64,000 nucleotides of DNA from the human T2T-CHM13v2.0 reference genome, Homo sapiens, in NCBI RefSeq assembly GCF_009914755.1, contig NC_060927.1, one strand, 5' to 3'. Position 1 is the first letter of the stretch, and every line of letters starts with the position of its first letter. This document shows, piece by piece, positions 43,149 through 60,669 of the stretch. The notes beneath the pieces were generated by a model that was not told where the DNA came from, searched no databases, and worked only from the letters and a program-made list of their open reading frames with translations. The translations under genes were made by a program, and so were the position numbers.

Positions 43149-44449
43149 TACTTTTCCATGTACCGAATCTGCTCCAAACCACTCAGAACATTTGTAGAGA
43201 TGAAAGAAAAGCCAGTTTCCTGTAAGATTAATATGAAAAATTCTCACATATGCATTAAATTGTTTCCTCTCCATTAAAATTTAGGATATTTTATCTGTAA
43301 CTATGAGAAATTAAATTTGTATACAATTATTGCTTACTATATTCACAAGTTCAGAAGAAATAGTTGAAAGAATAAAATTGTAACTTAAGGAGATCAATTA
43401 GAAAATGGATAAGACATATGCAGATATTTTAAATAAATATTAACCTATTTTTAAAAGACCAACCATCCCTTGGCTATTTACACTTCATCTTGCTGTCTAA
43501 ATCCTACTATCAAATTGTTAAGGGCAATATTACTTACTGTCGCTAACTTGGTATCAATTACCAAGTTAGTATCAGTTTGATCTAATTTATTCAACCTCAG
43601 CAGGCCTTAGAAGACAAGGTTCCAGCAATAGACAAATAAAGCCGTCTGCAGAGTTTAATGCTAAGTACTGGTTTGGGAAAAAGAACAAAGAAGTGGAACA
43701 GTCAGATTCTAATTGGGAGGCAGGAGCTGCAGCCTCTTGTTGCAGGGGATTTAGGAGAGCAGGGAAACTTGTTTCTCTGGACAGAAGTGCTGCAGTGTCC
43801 CCTGCTCTCTAAGTGTCTAAACCTTTGATTACCTTAAGAAAGAAAGACCTTTTCTTGTGCTTGTTGACATCTTCTTGTCAATTTTGCCACTCTTGTGACA
43901 TTAGCATATTCCTCATTAGCAAAATCAGAATGTGGTAGATTAATGCCACACACTCCTTCTCTCACTAAGTAAAATCCTATTCATCCTTTATTCCATTTCT
44001 GCAAATAAAAATGAAGTCTTAGGCCTGCTTTTCACTTCTTATGCTAAGTAATGAAGTTCCTAAGCCTGGCCTTAAAAAATGCAAGTCTTCACAATCAACA
44101 ATAGGTGGCTAAAAAAGATGAAGAGATGTCCCCTCTCTCCTGAAGTTACAAGATAGAACTTTCTGCATCATAAAATAAATTCAAATAGTCTGATGTGATA
44201 AGGTATTAAATTAAGAACATTCACAAGAATATCAATCTTGCTTCTGTGCAACAAGGAGACTTGTGTGAATATTCATAACTGTTGCCAACTTCTTCTATTC
44301 TCTGTTAATATAAATTTGTCCTTGGAAGTATGGTTAGAAGAGATTCTTCTAAGACTTTGAAGACTAGTTTGTTGCAATGCCCTGTGATAATAACCAGAAG
44401 AAACGTGCAATTCTGATTGGTTATCTTACTTGCCCTTGTAATATTATAA

Positions 44450-44786
<337 letters not shown>

Positions 44787-45914
44787 TAAACAATATAAAT
44801 GCTTGAAAGATTACTAGGTCATACAAAAAAATAATCACTGGCACTTTCTTTTTTTCTGACAGGCATAATGGAAAAGTTAAAGCCTATGACTGCAACTTTT
44901 TTTTAACACAGAGATGAAGGGTCTAGCTAATTTATCGGGAACAATATCTATTTAAATCTACCTAACAAGCTATTATAAGAAGGGGCAGCTGAGGTAGTAA
45001 AATGGAGAAGTAGGCAAAATGCAAGGAGCTGTTATTTTCAAAATGACCCTGTAAGGCATTCTTCCTACAAAAATTTGTGTAAGCCCACTATGTGCTAGTC
45101 ACTATTCCAGTGTAATGGCCAACCCAGTGCCCAGTCGGTGTTTGGGGCTATCAACAACAGTCCCCGGTTTTGCATATGCACTTTCCCCACCCTCATTCAG
45201 CCACGTGTCTCACAGGAAATCGAGCCGTTCCCCAGGTGAGAAAAGGAAATCAAGGTGGGGCATAATTAGTTCAAGGGTATTGTAACAGAGCCACAGGAAG
45301 AAATGGTTTCTCATCACCTATCTGAGCACTTTTGCATCTGATATGACACCCAGAACTGCTGCAGTCATCTTGTTACTACTCTGAGGATGAAGCCAGAACC
45401 AAGAGACTGAGCAGAGAGATGGGAGAATACAACCAAAATCACTTGGGGCAGTTTACTCAGCCCTCACCCTTGCCTCTTACCCAATTAAGGGACAAAGGCC
45501 TGTGGATTTTGTTACTATATCCCATTTCATTTTTCTTTTTCCCTCATCCAGGCTCATGGCATCTTTCACCTGACTTACTACAATAGACTTGTGATTTATC
45601 TCTCTTCCCCAAGTCTTCTGCTTACTCTCAGAGTGTGTCTAAGACATAGCTCAGATTATTTCCCTCCTCTTTTAAAAAACCCTTACTGATTTTCATTGCT
45701 TAGATCAATTGTTCTCAAACTTCAATGAGAAGTAAAAAATCACCAGGGGATTTTATAAAGCATACATATGTGAGTCACATACTTCAGTGATTCTGACTCA
45801 TAAGTTTTCTATTGGAGCCTAGAAATCTACGCATTAACAGCCTGGTGATTCTTATGTAATATGACCCTTGAATCACCATTTGATAAGCATTTATTTAGAT
45901 GTGAAAGGCCAAAC

Positions 45915-46325
45915 TGTTGCAGAACTTTCTCCTTAGTTCAGCTAAAACCGGGTTCTTGTCACATGACCAGGAAGGATTAGGCTCACAGACACATAGAAGG
46001 GTGAGGAGTAGAAATTATTGGGTGAAAAGGAAAAAGGAAAAATAACTCTCAGCAAAGTGAGAGAAAGTCCTGCTAGCAGGTTTTCCACCTCACAGATTGA
46101 ATTCCAGGTCACCAACCAGGAACTGAAGAGGCCAGGCTCCTCCCCCTGCCAATGGCATGAACTTCCCGAGGCTGCACCCTGTCCTCCCAGTGCGCAGGTG
46201 GGCAGTATTCAGTCAGGAGAGGGCAGCTTCATCTGGGACCAGCAGTCTGGTTTTTCAGCCTTCAGGCCGTTTTAGGCTTGAAGGCGAGGTTTCGCCGGGG
46301 ACCCTTGGTTGTCTCATCTCTATCA
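45915..46325 (-). mobile_element. ERV1 solo LTR (LTR27/MER61 group)
   Basis: TG...CA termini with a 4-bp TSD aaac on both sides. Reverse complement contains GGGTCCCCGGCGAAACC and TGAAGGCTGAAAAACCAGACTGCTGGTCCC. Subfamily uncertain. Confidence 0.8.
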
Positions 46326-46726
46326 AAACTACTTAACTAGCATCTTATGTCTTCTTTGCCCAGTCCCCAAACATCTTTCAAATTGTATTCATTCACAGCA
46401 TCTCCTATATACCAACCACACTTGACTACTGCTTCCTAAGCATACCATGCATTTTCAAGGCTCTGTGATTCAACTTTCCCTGCCTAAGATAATCTTCCCC
46501 ATCCTTGAGATTTAGCTTAAACATCACAACCTTCATTAAGCCTCCTTTGACCTGCCCCTTCAACGGCATTATGTAAATTTGTTGTCCTTACTATATATTC
46601 CAAAATCACACGACCTGGTCCTCTACTTAGCACTTTAACAATGTGTCAGAGCCATTTTTGAATCTCAGATAAATTATAAACATCTGAATTAGGGCTTTAT
46701 TTCATTTATCTGTGTTAAAAATTCTC

Positions 46727-47071
<345 letters not shown>

Positions 47072-47627
47072 TTATAATATAACTCTTTACATTTTAAAAT
47101 AATAAATTAGGGCATTGGAAAGATGAAGAGAAGAAAACATATTAACAAAATTGACCAATCAAGTTTGAAAAAAGAACTTTTAGAAAAGAAATATAGATAT
47201 TTGCTATTTGAAATATATAAAACATTTGATGTTAAATCAGTTAAAATAGCCAGTGATTGATAGTAACTGAAGAAATGACTCAGTATGAAGTATAAAGAGA
47301 TGACAAACATGAAAAATGTTAAGATACTTGAAAGAGAGAGTAAGAAGCTTTATGTAGAGGTAACTGACGTTCTTGAAGAGAATAAAAATGGAAAATTTGC
47401 AATATTCGAAATACCTGAAAATTTTCCAGAAATGATATTAAATCAATAAGCAGATTTAGGAAGTGCAGTGAATCCATATCTAGATGCTTTATACTGAATT
47501 TGCAGAACACCAAAGACTAAGAGATGATCTTAAAGTAGCCAGAGAAAAAAGGTCATTATAAAGAAGTTATTATTCTGACAGTTGACTCCTCAAATGCAGC
47601 AATACAAGCCAGAAAGATAATGGAATT

Positions 47628-47988
47628 TGATATGGTTGGGTTGTGTCCCCACCCAAATCTCATCCTGAATTTCCACGTGTTGTTGGAGGGACACAGTGGG
47701 AGGTAATTGCATCTGAATCATGGGCGCAGGTCTTTCCTGTGCTGTTCTTGTGATATTGAATAAGTCTCACAAGATCTGATGGTTATAAAAAGGGAAATTT
47801 CCCTACACAAGCGCTTCTCTCTGCCTGGTGCCGTCCATGTGAGATGTGACTTACTCCTCCTTGCCTTCCGCCATGATTGTGAGGCTTCCCCAGACGCGTG
47901 GAAATGTAAGTTTAATTAAACCTCTTTCTTTTGTAAATTGCCCAGTCTCAGGTATGTCTTTATCAGCAGCATGAAAACGGATAATACA
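47628..47988 (+). mobile_element. THE1A-like MaLR solo LTR
   Basis: tgatatggttgggttgtgtccccacccaaatctcatc ... cccagtctcaggtatgtctttatcagcagcatgaaaacggataataca. Confidence 0.92.
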
Positions 47989-48055
47989 GAGTAAAATCCT
48001 TAAAATGCTGAGATAAAATACCCCTGAAGTTAGAATTGTCCATCCAGCTAAACTA

Positions 48056-48135
48056 TTAGGTTGGTGCAAAAGTAATTGCAGTTTTGCCATTAAAAGGAAT
48101 GTCAAAAACCCCAATTACTTTTGCACCAACTGAAA
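48056..48135. mobile_element. MADE1 (Hsmar1 MITE), uninterrupted palindrome
   Basis: TA|ttaggttggtgcaaaagtaattgcagttttgccatt...aatgtcaaaaaccccaattacttttgcaccaac. Confidence 0.92.
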
Positions 48136-48463
48136 TATTTTCCAAAAATTGTTCGACATTTTCAGAAAAATAAAAAATGACAGAATTTACAATGAATAGA
48201 ACTATTTAAAAGAACTTTATGAAGAGATTTCAGGAAGAAGAAAATTGATTTCAGAAAGTCTGAGTTGCAATAAGAAATATAGTAAAGAAAATGTTAAACA
48301 TAGACATAAATTGGAAAAAGAAACCATTAAATTGCACTATAAATTTTTTCAATTTTTGGATTAAAAAAACTTAGACCAAAATAACATATTTATCTGGAGG
48401 AGATAATCAAAGTATTTTAAATGTTTTATATTGTTCAAAATGAGTATAAAGATACTTACTATT

Positions 48464-48783
<320 letters not shown>

Positions 48784-49916
48784 TTAAATGTGATTGTTAA
48801 ATTTGTTAGATTATTATTGAAAGAAACAGAATGTAAAACTTCCAAATAAGTGGGAGGAAGAAAGAGAGAGGGAGAAAACCCCCCAAATAAGTAAAAGCAA
48901 AAAACTGCAATTTCTCCCAAAAGAAGCCCAAAAAGAAGAAAGGGAGACAAAAAGAGAAAAGTGACAAAAATCGAAGATACAAAATAAGATGGTAGAAATT
49001 ATCCCAAATATATCAACAGTCTCAGCCAATGTTACTAGACTAAGCTCTCAATTTAAAAGACGAATATTTTGAAAATGGAGAAAAAGATCCACCTATGCAC
49101 TAACTAGAAGCAATACACCTAAAACACAGGATACAAAAGTTGAAAATAAAAAGTGAAGAAAAATATGCTAACCAAATAACCTAAAAGAAAACTGTTGTGG
49201 CTATATTATCAGCCAAAATTGATATGTAAACAAAAGCAATACTAGAGATAAAGAGGGTCATTGCCATTAATAAAGTTAACATTTATTAAGAATATATAAC
49301 AATCCTGATTATATGCACCTAATACCATATATAAATCTGAAATTTACAGAACTACAAAGAGAAACCATAAGAATAACAAGACTCCAACACAACTTTATAA
49401 TTAATAGATTAATAAACAAATTGATAAAAGTTTGGAAGAGTTGAAAAATACAGTTAATAATATTGACACAACGTAAAACTTATAAGTTGCTGTGCTGGGC
49501 TCTGGCAAACTGTTATACTGTAAAAGGGTTAGAAGTTGATTCAGATCTTAATTTTCTTCATCATAAGGATAGCTAAAGTGGTCTGGGTGTCTTCAACCTT
49601 ACAGGTCAGTCTCATCTGACCTCAGGCAGCTTCATTCATTTACTTTAGCATGACATGACACAAGAAAGTTTGAGAAGAACTGAGATAATGGACTTATACA
49701 GAAGACTATGTTAAGTAACCGAACATCATTTTCAAGAATATATGGAACATTTATGAATATTATCGACTATATTGTAAGCCATAAACTAAGTCTCACTATA
49801 CATCAAAGAATCAGAATTAAGCAAACATGTTCCTTTACAATTACATTAAATTAGAAATCAGTTTCTAAAAGGTAAGTAAAAGTCCATATATTTGGGAATT
49901 ATAAAAATACATTTCT

Positions 49917-50219
49917 GGCTGGGCTCAGTGGCTCACGCCTGTAATCCCAGCACTTTGGGAGGCCGAGGTGGGCGGATGGATCATGAGGTCAGGAGATCGA
50001 GACCATCCTGGCTAACAAGGTGAAACCCCGTCTCTACTAAAAATACAAAAAAAAAAAAAAAAAAATTAGCCGGGCGTGGTGGTGGGCGCCTGTGGTCCTA
50101 GCTACTTAGGAGGCTGAGGCAGGAGAATGGCGTGAACCCGGGAGGCAGAGCTTGCCTTGAGCCGAGATCGTGCCACTGCACTCCAGCCTGGGCCACAGAG
50201 CGAGACTCTGTTTCAAAAA

Positions 50220-50260
<41 letters not shown>
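49917..50260 (+). mobile_element. AluY with expanded central poly(A) and (TAAA)n tail
   Basis: TSD aaaataca(t/c)ttct. Confidence 0.95.
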
Positions 50261-50262
<2 letters not shown>

Positions 50263-50633
50263 AAATACACTTCTAAATACCCATGAGTAAAAAAACCTGA
50301 AAGCTGAAATTTAAAATGAAACTGAAATACCACTTACTTGTAGATTATAGTTACGTGATACTTAGAGGAAAATATGTAGCCTTAAGTGTATATATTAGGA
50401 AACCAAAGGTGAACATTGATTTATTGAATACTAATCATAAAAAGTTAGGAAATAAACATCAATAAGCCAAATTAGAAAAAGAAAAACTGGCTGGGTTTGG
50501 TGGCTTACACCTGTAATCCCAACACTTTGGGAGGCTGAGGCGGGAGGATCAGGAGTCTAGGAGTTTGAGAGCAGCCTAGGCAACAGAGTGAGATCCCACT
50601 TCTACAAAATTTTTTTAAAAATTAGCCAGGCAG

Positions 50634-51426
<793 letters not shown>

Positions 51427-51514
51427 TTAATTAAAGAAAAAAGAAGAAATAGAATTAACAAAACTCAAATTAATTCTTTAAAAACACTGATCATACTGCC
51501 AAACGTCTAGAATA

Positions 51515-51753
51515 GTAATGTGCAACGGAGGGCAATTTTGCCCCCCAATGCCCTCCCTGTTCCTCTTTCCTAGGAGATATTTGGTAACGTCTGGAGACAT
51601 TTTGTGTATACAGGCACAACCTGTGGTGGGGATGCTAGTGGCATCTAGTAAATAGAAGCCAGAAATGCTGCTAAACATCCTACAACGCACAAGACAGCCG
51701 CCTACAAGAAAGAAGCCTCGGACCCAAAATGTCAAGGTTGAGAAATGCCATCT
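51515..51753. mobile_element. MER20 (hAT-Charlie)
   Basis: gggcaattttgcccccc, gtctggagacatttt, tggcatctagt, atgctgctaaacatcctacaa, cccaaaatgtcaa. Confidence 0.88.
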
Positions 51754-52366
51754 AGATAGATGGATCAAGAGTAGAGAGAAATCACAAGTAAACAATATTA
51801 AGGATGAGAAATGGGGCCATGTCTGCAAGTACTGCAAAACTTAAAAAAGAAAATAAGAATATTAACTTCATGCAAAAATGGGTGAACATTTAGATGACAT
51901 AGATAAATTCCCAGAAAAGTATAAACTACCAAAATAAACTCAAGAAGAAACAGAAAAATGAAAAGATTCTACAACGATTAAAAAATGGTCTCAGTGTAAA
52001 ACTTTCCTGCAGAGAACAGGCATGCTCCTACACTATGGGTATAGAGTGTAGTATAGCACATACTCTGAAGGGCAATTTGCCATATTTACAAAAATTATAA
52101 ATGTTTTATTCTGTGACATAGCACTCTCATTTTTAAGAATCCATTCTATAGATACAGCAGGATATATATTAAATGATATTTTACCAGCATATATGCAGTA
52201 TTATTTATAATAGCAAAAGTTTGACGACAATAGAAATCTGCTTAAATGAATTTTGCTATAACTGCCACATGGAATATTACAAAACTACAAAGAAGAATAA
52301 AGATAAGCTCTATAGACTGATGTAAAAAGGTCTCTGCGATATATGTTAAAAATGTAAGAAAAGCAT

Positions 52367-52751
<385 letters not shown>

Positions 52752-54431
52752 TTACTTATATTTGTATAAAGAAAATCAGTGCACACGTGCACGCGCACAC
52801 ACACACACAAAATCAAGAGAATGGGTGAATCTTGAGAGGGCTGGAACATGAATTTTCAGTCAAAGAATAGAAAAAGAAAATTCTCAATTCGTTTTATGAG
52901 GTTATGATAATCTTGATAACAAAAACAGATGACAACAATGGTTTAAGATTGGAAAATACTCAAAGCCACTCAAGAATATAGGTATAAAAAACTCCAAACA
53001 AAACATTAGTAAAACCATTACTAAAATATATTTAAAACATCTTGACAAGTTTGCATTCCAGAGGCATAAATAATTTGAGTACATTAAAGATCTCAATAGA
53101 TGAAGAAATGCAATAGAGAAAAGTCAACATTTATTTATTAAAAAACAACCAACCAAACAAAAAACCTCCCAGGAAACTGAGTCTAAAAAACATCTTACTT
53201 AACGAGAGCAAAAAACTATCCAAAACCCTACCACAAACATCATATATAAATACTAAATGCATAAGCCTTCAAATCAATAGCAAGAGAGGGATGCCTGTTA
53301 TTATTGCTTTTATTTGGCATGTCTCTGTGGCTTCCTTATCAGGAAAATAAATTGAAAAAGAATTATAACTACCTATATAATATAATGTATTTCAAAAATC
53401 CCAAAGAAATTACAGAAATATTAGAATTAGAGAGTTTATAGGGATGCCATACATAAAAATCAGTATGCAAAAGTGATTTCATTTTTACACGATAGTAAAG
53501 GGTGCAACTTAAAATAGTTAACATTTAGAAATAAATAAATGGTGCCTTGATGTAAATCTAGCAAAGATGTGCAAAACTCTGCTGAAAAACATTAAAGTTG
53601 ATCTAAATAAATGGAGAAAAGTACCATGTTTGTGAATAACAAAAAAATGCAATGTTGTGAAGATATCATTTTTTTCCCAAATTTATTTATAGTCTCAATG
53701 TAATTCCAATCTAAATCCCAACACGCTTTTTAATGAAGGCTGAAAGACTGATTCTAAAATTTATTTGAAAGTGTAGAGGGCCAAGAATAGCTAAAATAAC
53801 TCTTGAAGGAGAAGTGTAAAGTTGTCAACATTGGATTTGTTGGGACACTATTGTGTTCGCGCAGTGATAGATAGACCAGTAGCACAGAATAGAGAGCCCA
53901 GAAGAAATCCAGAGTAACATTGGGTCACTGAGGTGGCACTGTAGATGGGTGGTGACATTATGGCCTATTAAATAAGCTATATTGGCACAACTGCATAGCC
54001 ATCTGGATAAACAAAACAAAACAAAAACCATTCCTTTTTCACATGAAACACAACAATTATGATTAAGGTTGTAACTGTGAAAGACAAAAATTTACAATTT
54101 TTAGAGGAAAATGTAAAAGAATATCTCTGTGTCATTGAGATTTGGGGAAGATTTTTAAAACAAGGTATAAAAATCACAAACAATAAAGGAAAAGCTAGAT
54201 AAACTCAGTAAAATTAAAAATCTTCCTTCAAAGAAAGGGTAAAGAGAATGAAAAGACAAGTTACATACTGGAATAGAATCCAGAATATTTAAATAACGTG
54301 TTTGAACTAATAAGGAAGAGGCAAATAACTCAATAGGAAAATGGCAAAAAAGACATTATGGCCAACGAACAATAAATCTTCCATTTATCAAGACATATCA
54401 TTTAAAAATTAAAAGACAAGCTTCAGACTGA

Positions 54432-54790
<359 letters not shown>

Positions 54791-54933
54791 GGATATCTGA
54801 AACATTCTTAAACATCAGTAAGGAACAGATAAACCACGTGCCAAAAAAATGCACAAAAACTATAAACAGGTTATCATACATACAAACCCTAATGGCCATA
54901 TGGAAAGATGGCGAACCTCATTAATAATCAGGG

Positions 54934-55019
54934 AAAAGTAATAAGGTACATTTCAGACACTGAAAAAGTAGTAAGGTACATTTCAGACACTAAAAAGTAA
55001 TAAGGTACATTACATACAC
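54934..55019. repeat. Tandem triplication of a 29-30 bp unit
   Basis: aaaagta(a/g)taaggtacatttcagacact three times; the third copy is diverged. Confidence 0.9.
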
Positions 55020-55329
55020 ATTTGGCAACAGCAAAAATGTTAACATCTGACAAAATCCATTTTGTCTGGAATGTGGAAGAGTTGGCATGCATATTGCCAC
55101 TGGTGAGTTTGTACTTTATTACTTATACTTTGAAAAATTATTTGACAATGTCCACTTGAAAATGTCTGTTGAAGGGATGCATGTTCTTTTATAGAGCAAT
55201 AACACTGCTAGGTTCATATCCTAGAGAAAATCCCAGACGTGTAAACAAGATTTGTGTGAGAATGTTTGCAGCAGCAGTGTTTATAAAGATGAATAAATGG
55301 GTAACATCCTAAATGTCCTACAACAGGCA

Positions 55330-56100
<771 letters not shown>

Positions 56101-59100
56101 GGAAATAAAAATATCTCATTTTATTCCTATACTGGAATACTGCACAGCAATGAAAATCAATAAACTAAAGCCACATGTATTAATATGGATATATATTACA
56201 AATATGATATTGAGAAAAAGGAAAGCTGCCAAAAGTGCACATAGAATATTTATGTAAAATTTTAAAAAAATGACACTGCACTATATATTGTTTAGAAACA
56301 CATACCTAAGTAGTAAAAATACACAGAAATGAAAGAAAATGATAACACCAGATTCTGGATGATGTTTACCTCTGAGAGAGAGGGAAGGAAGGAAGGAGGG
56401 GAATGCATCAGACAGTGTGCACACAAGACAAGGGGCTGTGACTATCTTAGTTTTATTTCTCAAACTAAGTGGTGGGTACATAGTTGGCCATTGTACTAAG
56501 CTTGATGTCTTCTTAAATACATGAAAGTTTTCACAATATGTGTAATAGATGACTCCCAACCTAGGGGAAATTTACCAACTACATTAGAAGTCCTAGCATA
56601 TATACAAAATGTCAGTGAAAAAGGAGGCAGATATAGATTAGCACAAAGCCTAGAAAAAAGAAGGAAAAATTATGGAGCATGACCCCCAAAACCAATTTAG
56701 AGACAATTTCCCGACCCAGGCCCAAGTTCTGGTGTTTCCATTTCTCTGTTGCTGAAACTGATGTATCAGGCTAAGACATACAGTGCACTCACTCTGATCT
56801 GACTTCAATCTCGTCAAGTGATGGCATCATTTGGTCTCCTGTACAGATATTGTCTACAGGGAGAGAATTTACTGATCATGTTCAAATAAGTATCTGGTCT
56901 AGTTGCCACTTTATTTCTAATTTTCAGTTAATTGGTGGGCATTTTGACCTTTTAATTACAATCTTGTTGACTTCCATAGCACGATTCAGCATCCAAGCCC
57001 TGAATCTGCACAGACAAGGGATAGGCTCTGAGTCACAGTGAATTTACAAGGAAGGTCATACTACTTTGAGCACCTTTTATATGGCTGGACAATTGCATTC
57101 CACTGGTGAAATCCAACCAAGAAGTGCTTTTCATCGAAAGCACAAGCAGTAACCGTACCTATGTGCATACATAACTTATTAAAATGTTCATGTCAGGTGT
57201 TGTTGTTTTAGTAGAATTGGAGGTATATTTACTTCCTTGTACCTTGAAGGCAGGCATGTACTTCCAAGTTCCTCTGTCTCAAGGGGGTTTGCTTATAGCA
57301 TTTACCCTCTGAGTTAAAAATGAAAACTTCAAGTCCCTGCTCTTCAACCCCAGGACATTTCTCTGTCTTCAATTGTTTCTTTGGGAGTTTAATTATAGGT
57401 GGGCAAAAAGGGAGAAGTTGATGCTGGGAGTCAAAAGAGCAAATCTTGACATGGAGAAAGAGAAAGGGAAAGAGGCAAGTAGGCAGGAGAGAAAGAGAGA
57501 GAGAGAATATATAACTTTTTCAAGCATGAGAAGATAATGAGTGTTTAGGGCGTATCTTTGAGGGACAGAGATATATGCCCCACTTACACTTGCTATGCCA
57601 CATTGGAGGTTAGCTGTGCTATGAAACATCTGTGGAGGGAGACTTCCAAGCACAGACACTTTGAGAGGACAGCCAAAAGCCTCTGTGGAAGAACCTTGGA
57701 GAGGACTCCCGTGAGAACCAGATCAACAGCAAAATGCAGAAGGAACAAAGATGGGGACAGGAACCTCATTTTCTGGGCAACATGAAAGACTACTTCTAAG
57801 GAGGTAGAGGACCTCCTAAAACACTTTCATAATTGAATTTCATGCAACCTTGAGAAGTGGGGCCATGACATGAGAATTAATTTGATTTACACAAATAAAG
57901 CAATGTAAAATTTCTTGTAGTAGAGTGTTGAATAATTCATATCTACTATACTACAGTGGTGAATTAATGTTTTCAATAATTGCTTGATTTCACATTATCG
58001 TATTTGAAGGCCAGTCCTCCTTTGGAGTATGCAAATAAGAAACTTAAGAGACAGAGGGGTTAGTACTTTATTTAGGATCCTGTCATTGTTACCTGTTACT
58101 GCCTACAAAGACCCATATTTAGACCATACAGTCTACTTAGAAATACCCACCCAAATGCACAGGCATCTCTTTGCAGAAATAAGCCATGCTTGTGCTTTGT
58201 TGCCACTGCCCTGCTTTTTAGCCTCCAATTTTACACTGGAGCATTTACATCAAGTAAACCTTTCTTGATGTAGGGAAGATATTATGGGAAAAGACTGAGT
58301 ATTATAACATAGGAAAGAATTACCTTTCTCACACCACATGTATTTGCTTTTGCCATATTTAATTGTTTGCCTACAATGTGGCAGCATAGTTTTAGACACT
58401 GGGGTTATAAAGAGGAATGCATGAGTCTCTGCCCTCAAGAAGATTCAAATCAGTGCAATTCCATCTACTCTGCATTGCTGAATTAAGTCAGAAAAGTCTC
58501 AGGTCCTTCATTAGCAGTGGTTGGCAGAGCTACATTGTTCTCGGATGCTGGCTGCTAGGCGAGTTGGTGTTTTATTTTTCAGAAATTTATAGCCCTAAAG
58601 TGTTATTAGGGCCAGAGGGAAGGGGGAAAGGGCAACTTTCCCTCTTAAGACTTTTGTTTAATGATTGCACCAGATTCACTATGGCTCAAATGGCTGACAC
58701 TAAGTACACTAAATATTAAGAAAGCAATATCACAAAATTGACTTTTTAAGTGTTGACATTGTGTCCTGATTATTTTACTTGGCTGCTGTTTGTCAATGTT
58801 AGCTGCACTAAAATGATACAAATTTCTGTCTTGAAAATTTTATTGTCCTCATTTTCTACCCATGATAATTAAAGAAGTAAAGATAATTGGGCAAATGAAG
58901 ATGAAAAAAGCATGGTAATCACTTGTCATTCTATTCTAATCAGCAGATAATTCATCTAATTTAGACACATTACTATTTAATCTACCACCTTTCAATTTGG
59001 GTAATGTTGCACTCTAATCAGGAGAATTAAAAGCTTATTCAATTATAAAGGGATGTTCCATAAGGTGGAAAAACAGGAAGATCTTAGTTATTTCTATGTG

Positions 59101-60669
59101 CATTTTGCTTAATAGCATTACTTATGTCACCAGTGAAAGGCAAACTCTTCAGCTCTACTTTTGGAGGGCTTCAATGAAAAGTAAATAAAAGCTTGCTTAA
59201 TCAATACCTCATGTTCAATAGGAAAAAAGAAACGATTCTAAAGAAAAGTGAAAACAAAAGGCTCTACTGAAATTTCAAATTGGTCTCATTTCTCCAAAAT
59301 TAAATATACTCATATGAAATCATTCCACTGGTTCTTTCAGATTTAGTAATTTTATCACACTTCATTCATAATAGCCTTTTCCTTTCATCTGTAGATACAA
59401 GAGAAAAAAGCCCACCAAACAACATAATGACAAACAGCTGTTGGATATGATAGACATTTCCTAGGGAAAAATATGCTTAATATTATTTTTTCATGTTTTG
59501 TAAGTTGCTTGTCATGGAACAGTTTGTTTATAATGTATTTGTCATTTTACATAAAAAATGGGAGATTATGCAATGAGTCTAATTACATTCATTCTGCATG
59601 TTAAAAGCAGTTTTTCCCTGAGTATGGCTAGGAAAAGAATTCCTACCAAAAATTCAAAGTTTACACCAGTTCTGCACTGCTGTCTCTTACCTGTCATGCT
59701 GGGCAGCAGCAGTTGATTCTGACATTTTTGTTTTTGTATATTTCCAAGAGATCTCAGAAAAGCACTGTAGTGGAGCCATAATATCTGAGACACAGAATTC
59801 TCCCTATACCCCAAGAACTCTCAAGGGTCTTGTGGGGTCCCACTAGGATAGGCTTCAAAGAAAAGGGCTTTGTCACTTTTCTGACAAAACATTAAACGCA
59901 AGAGGAAAGCCCTTCTACTTGTTCTATACTAAAATTCAATTTCATTTCAAAAATAAAAGTTGAGTTAAACTATTTGCTACTTGTTGAATAGATTCTTAAG
60001 TTTTTCAAGGAGCTAAATCTTTTCCTAGCCAGAATGTCTAAAAAGTCAGGGGTCATTTTTGGTAAATGTTTAGCTATGATTATGTTTTTGTTTTCTAAGA
60101 TGCTGGCTGAGTAGGTTGGATACAGATGTAACCGTTAATAGAAGGATTTGAGGATTTTATTTTTAAATCTAAAATTTTACAAATCTACAGAGTTGTCTGA
60201 GTTGTCTAAGAACATTAGAAAAGAATTGATTCATTCTTGGGCCTCTGCTTTGTCCTCTTGCTGTTGCTGAGAGAACTGCCCTAGGCAATTTATCAAGCAG
60301 AGGTACCCATTTACTATACCACACGACCCAAGACTGAGCCAAGGGATTCCATGGCCACTGACCTACAATGTGATGTTATAGGAGCTTTGTCAATTCACTG
60401 GATGAGTCAGATTCTTTTTTTTTTAAATCTAGAGATTATTGAGAAAACCACATAGTTGGTAGTAGGTTTGGACTGAGAAAGGCAGAGGGAAGCAGAGGGA
60501 TAAAGAATACCTAAGAAATACAGTAGAATATTAAGACAGGGATCCATGTATAAATGCTTCCAAAGGAACATGTAATAGAGTTCATCTTTTGTCATCATCA
60601 CAGCTGCTGTCACTCAGACCACCAGAGCTATTGCTGCATCATGAAAAATTTCTACCTCAACGAAGCTTG

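Noticed and set aside
49917-50260. AluYb8 assignment from left-arm ggatcatgagg and ggctaacaaggtg
   Set aside because: The right arm lacks the Yb8 7-bp insertion, and one match can arise from CpG decay. Left as AluY.
56600-60600. Exons of a neighbouring gene or lncRNA in the repeat-poor downstream region
   Set aside because: I found no convincing chain of splice sites or recognisable protein; a non-coding transcript cannot be excluded from sequence alone.
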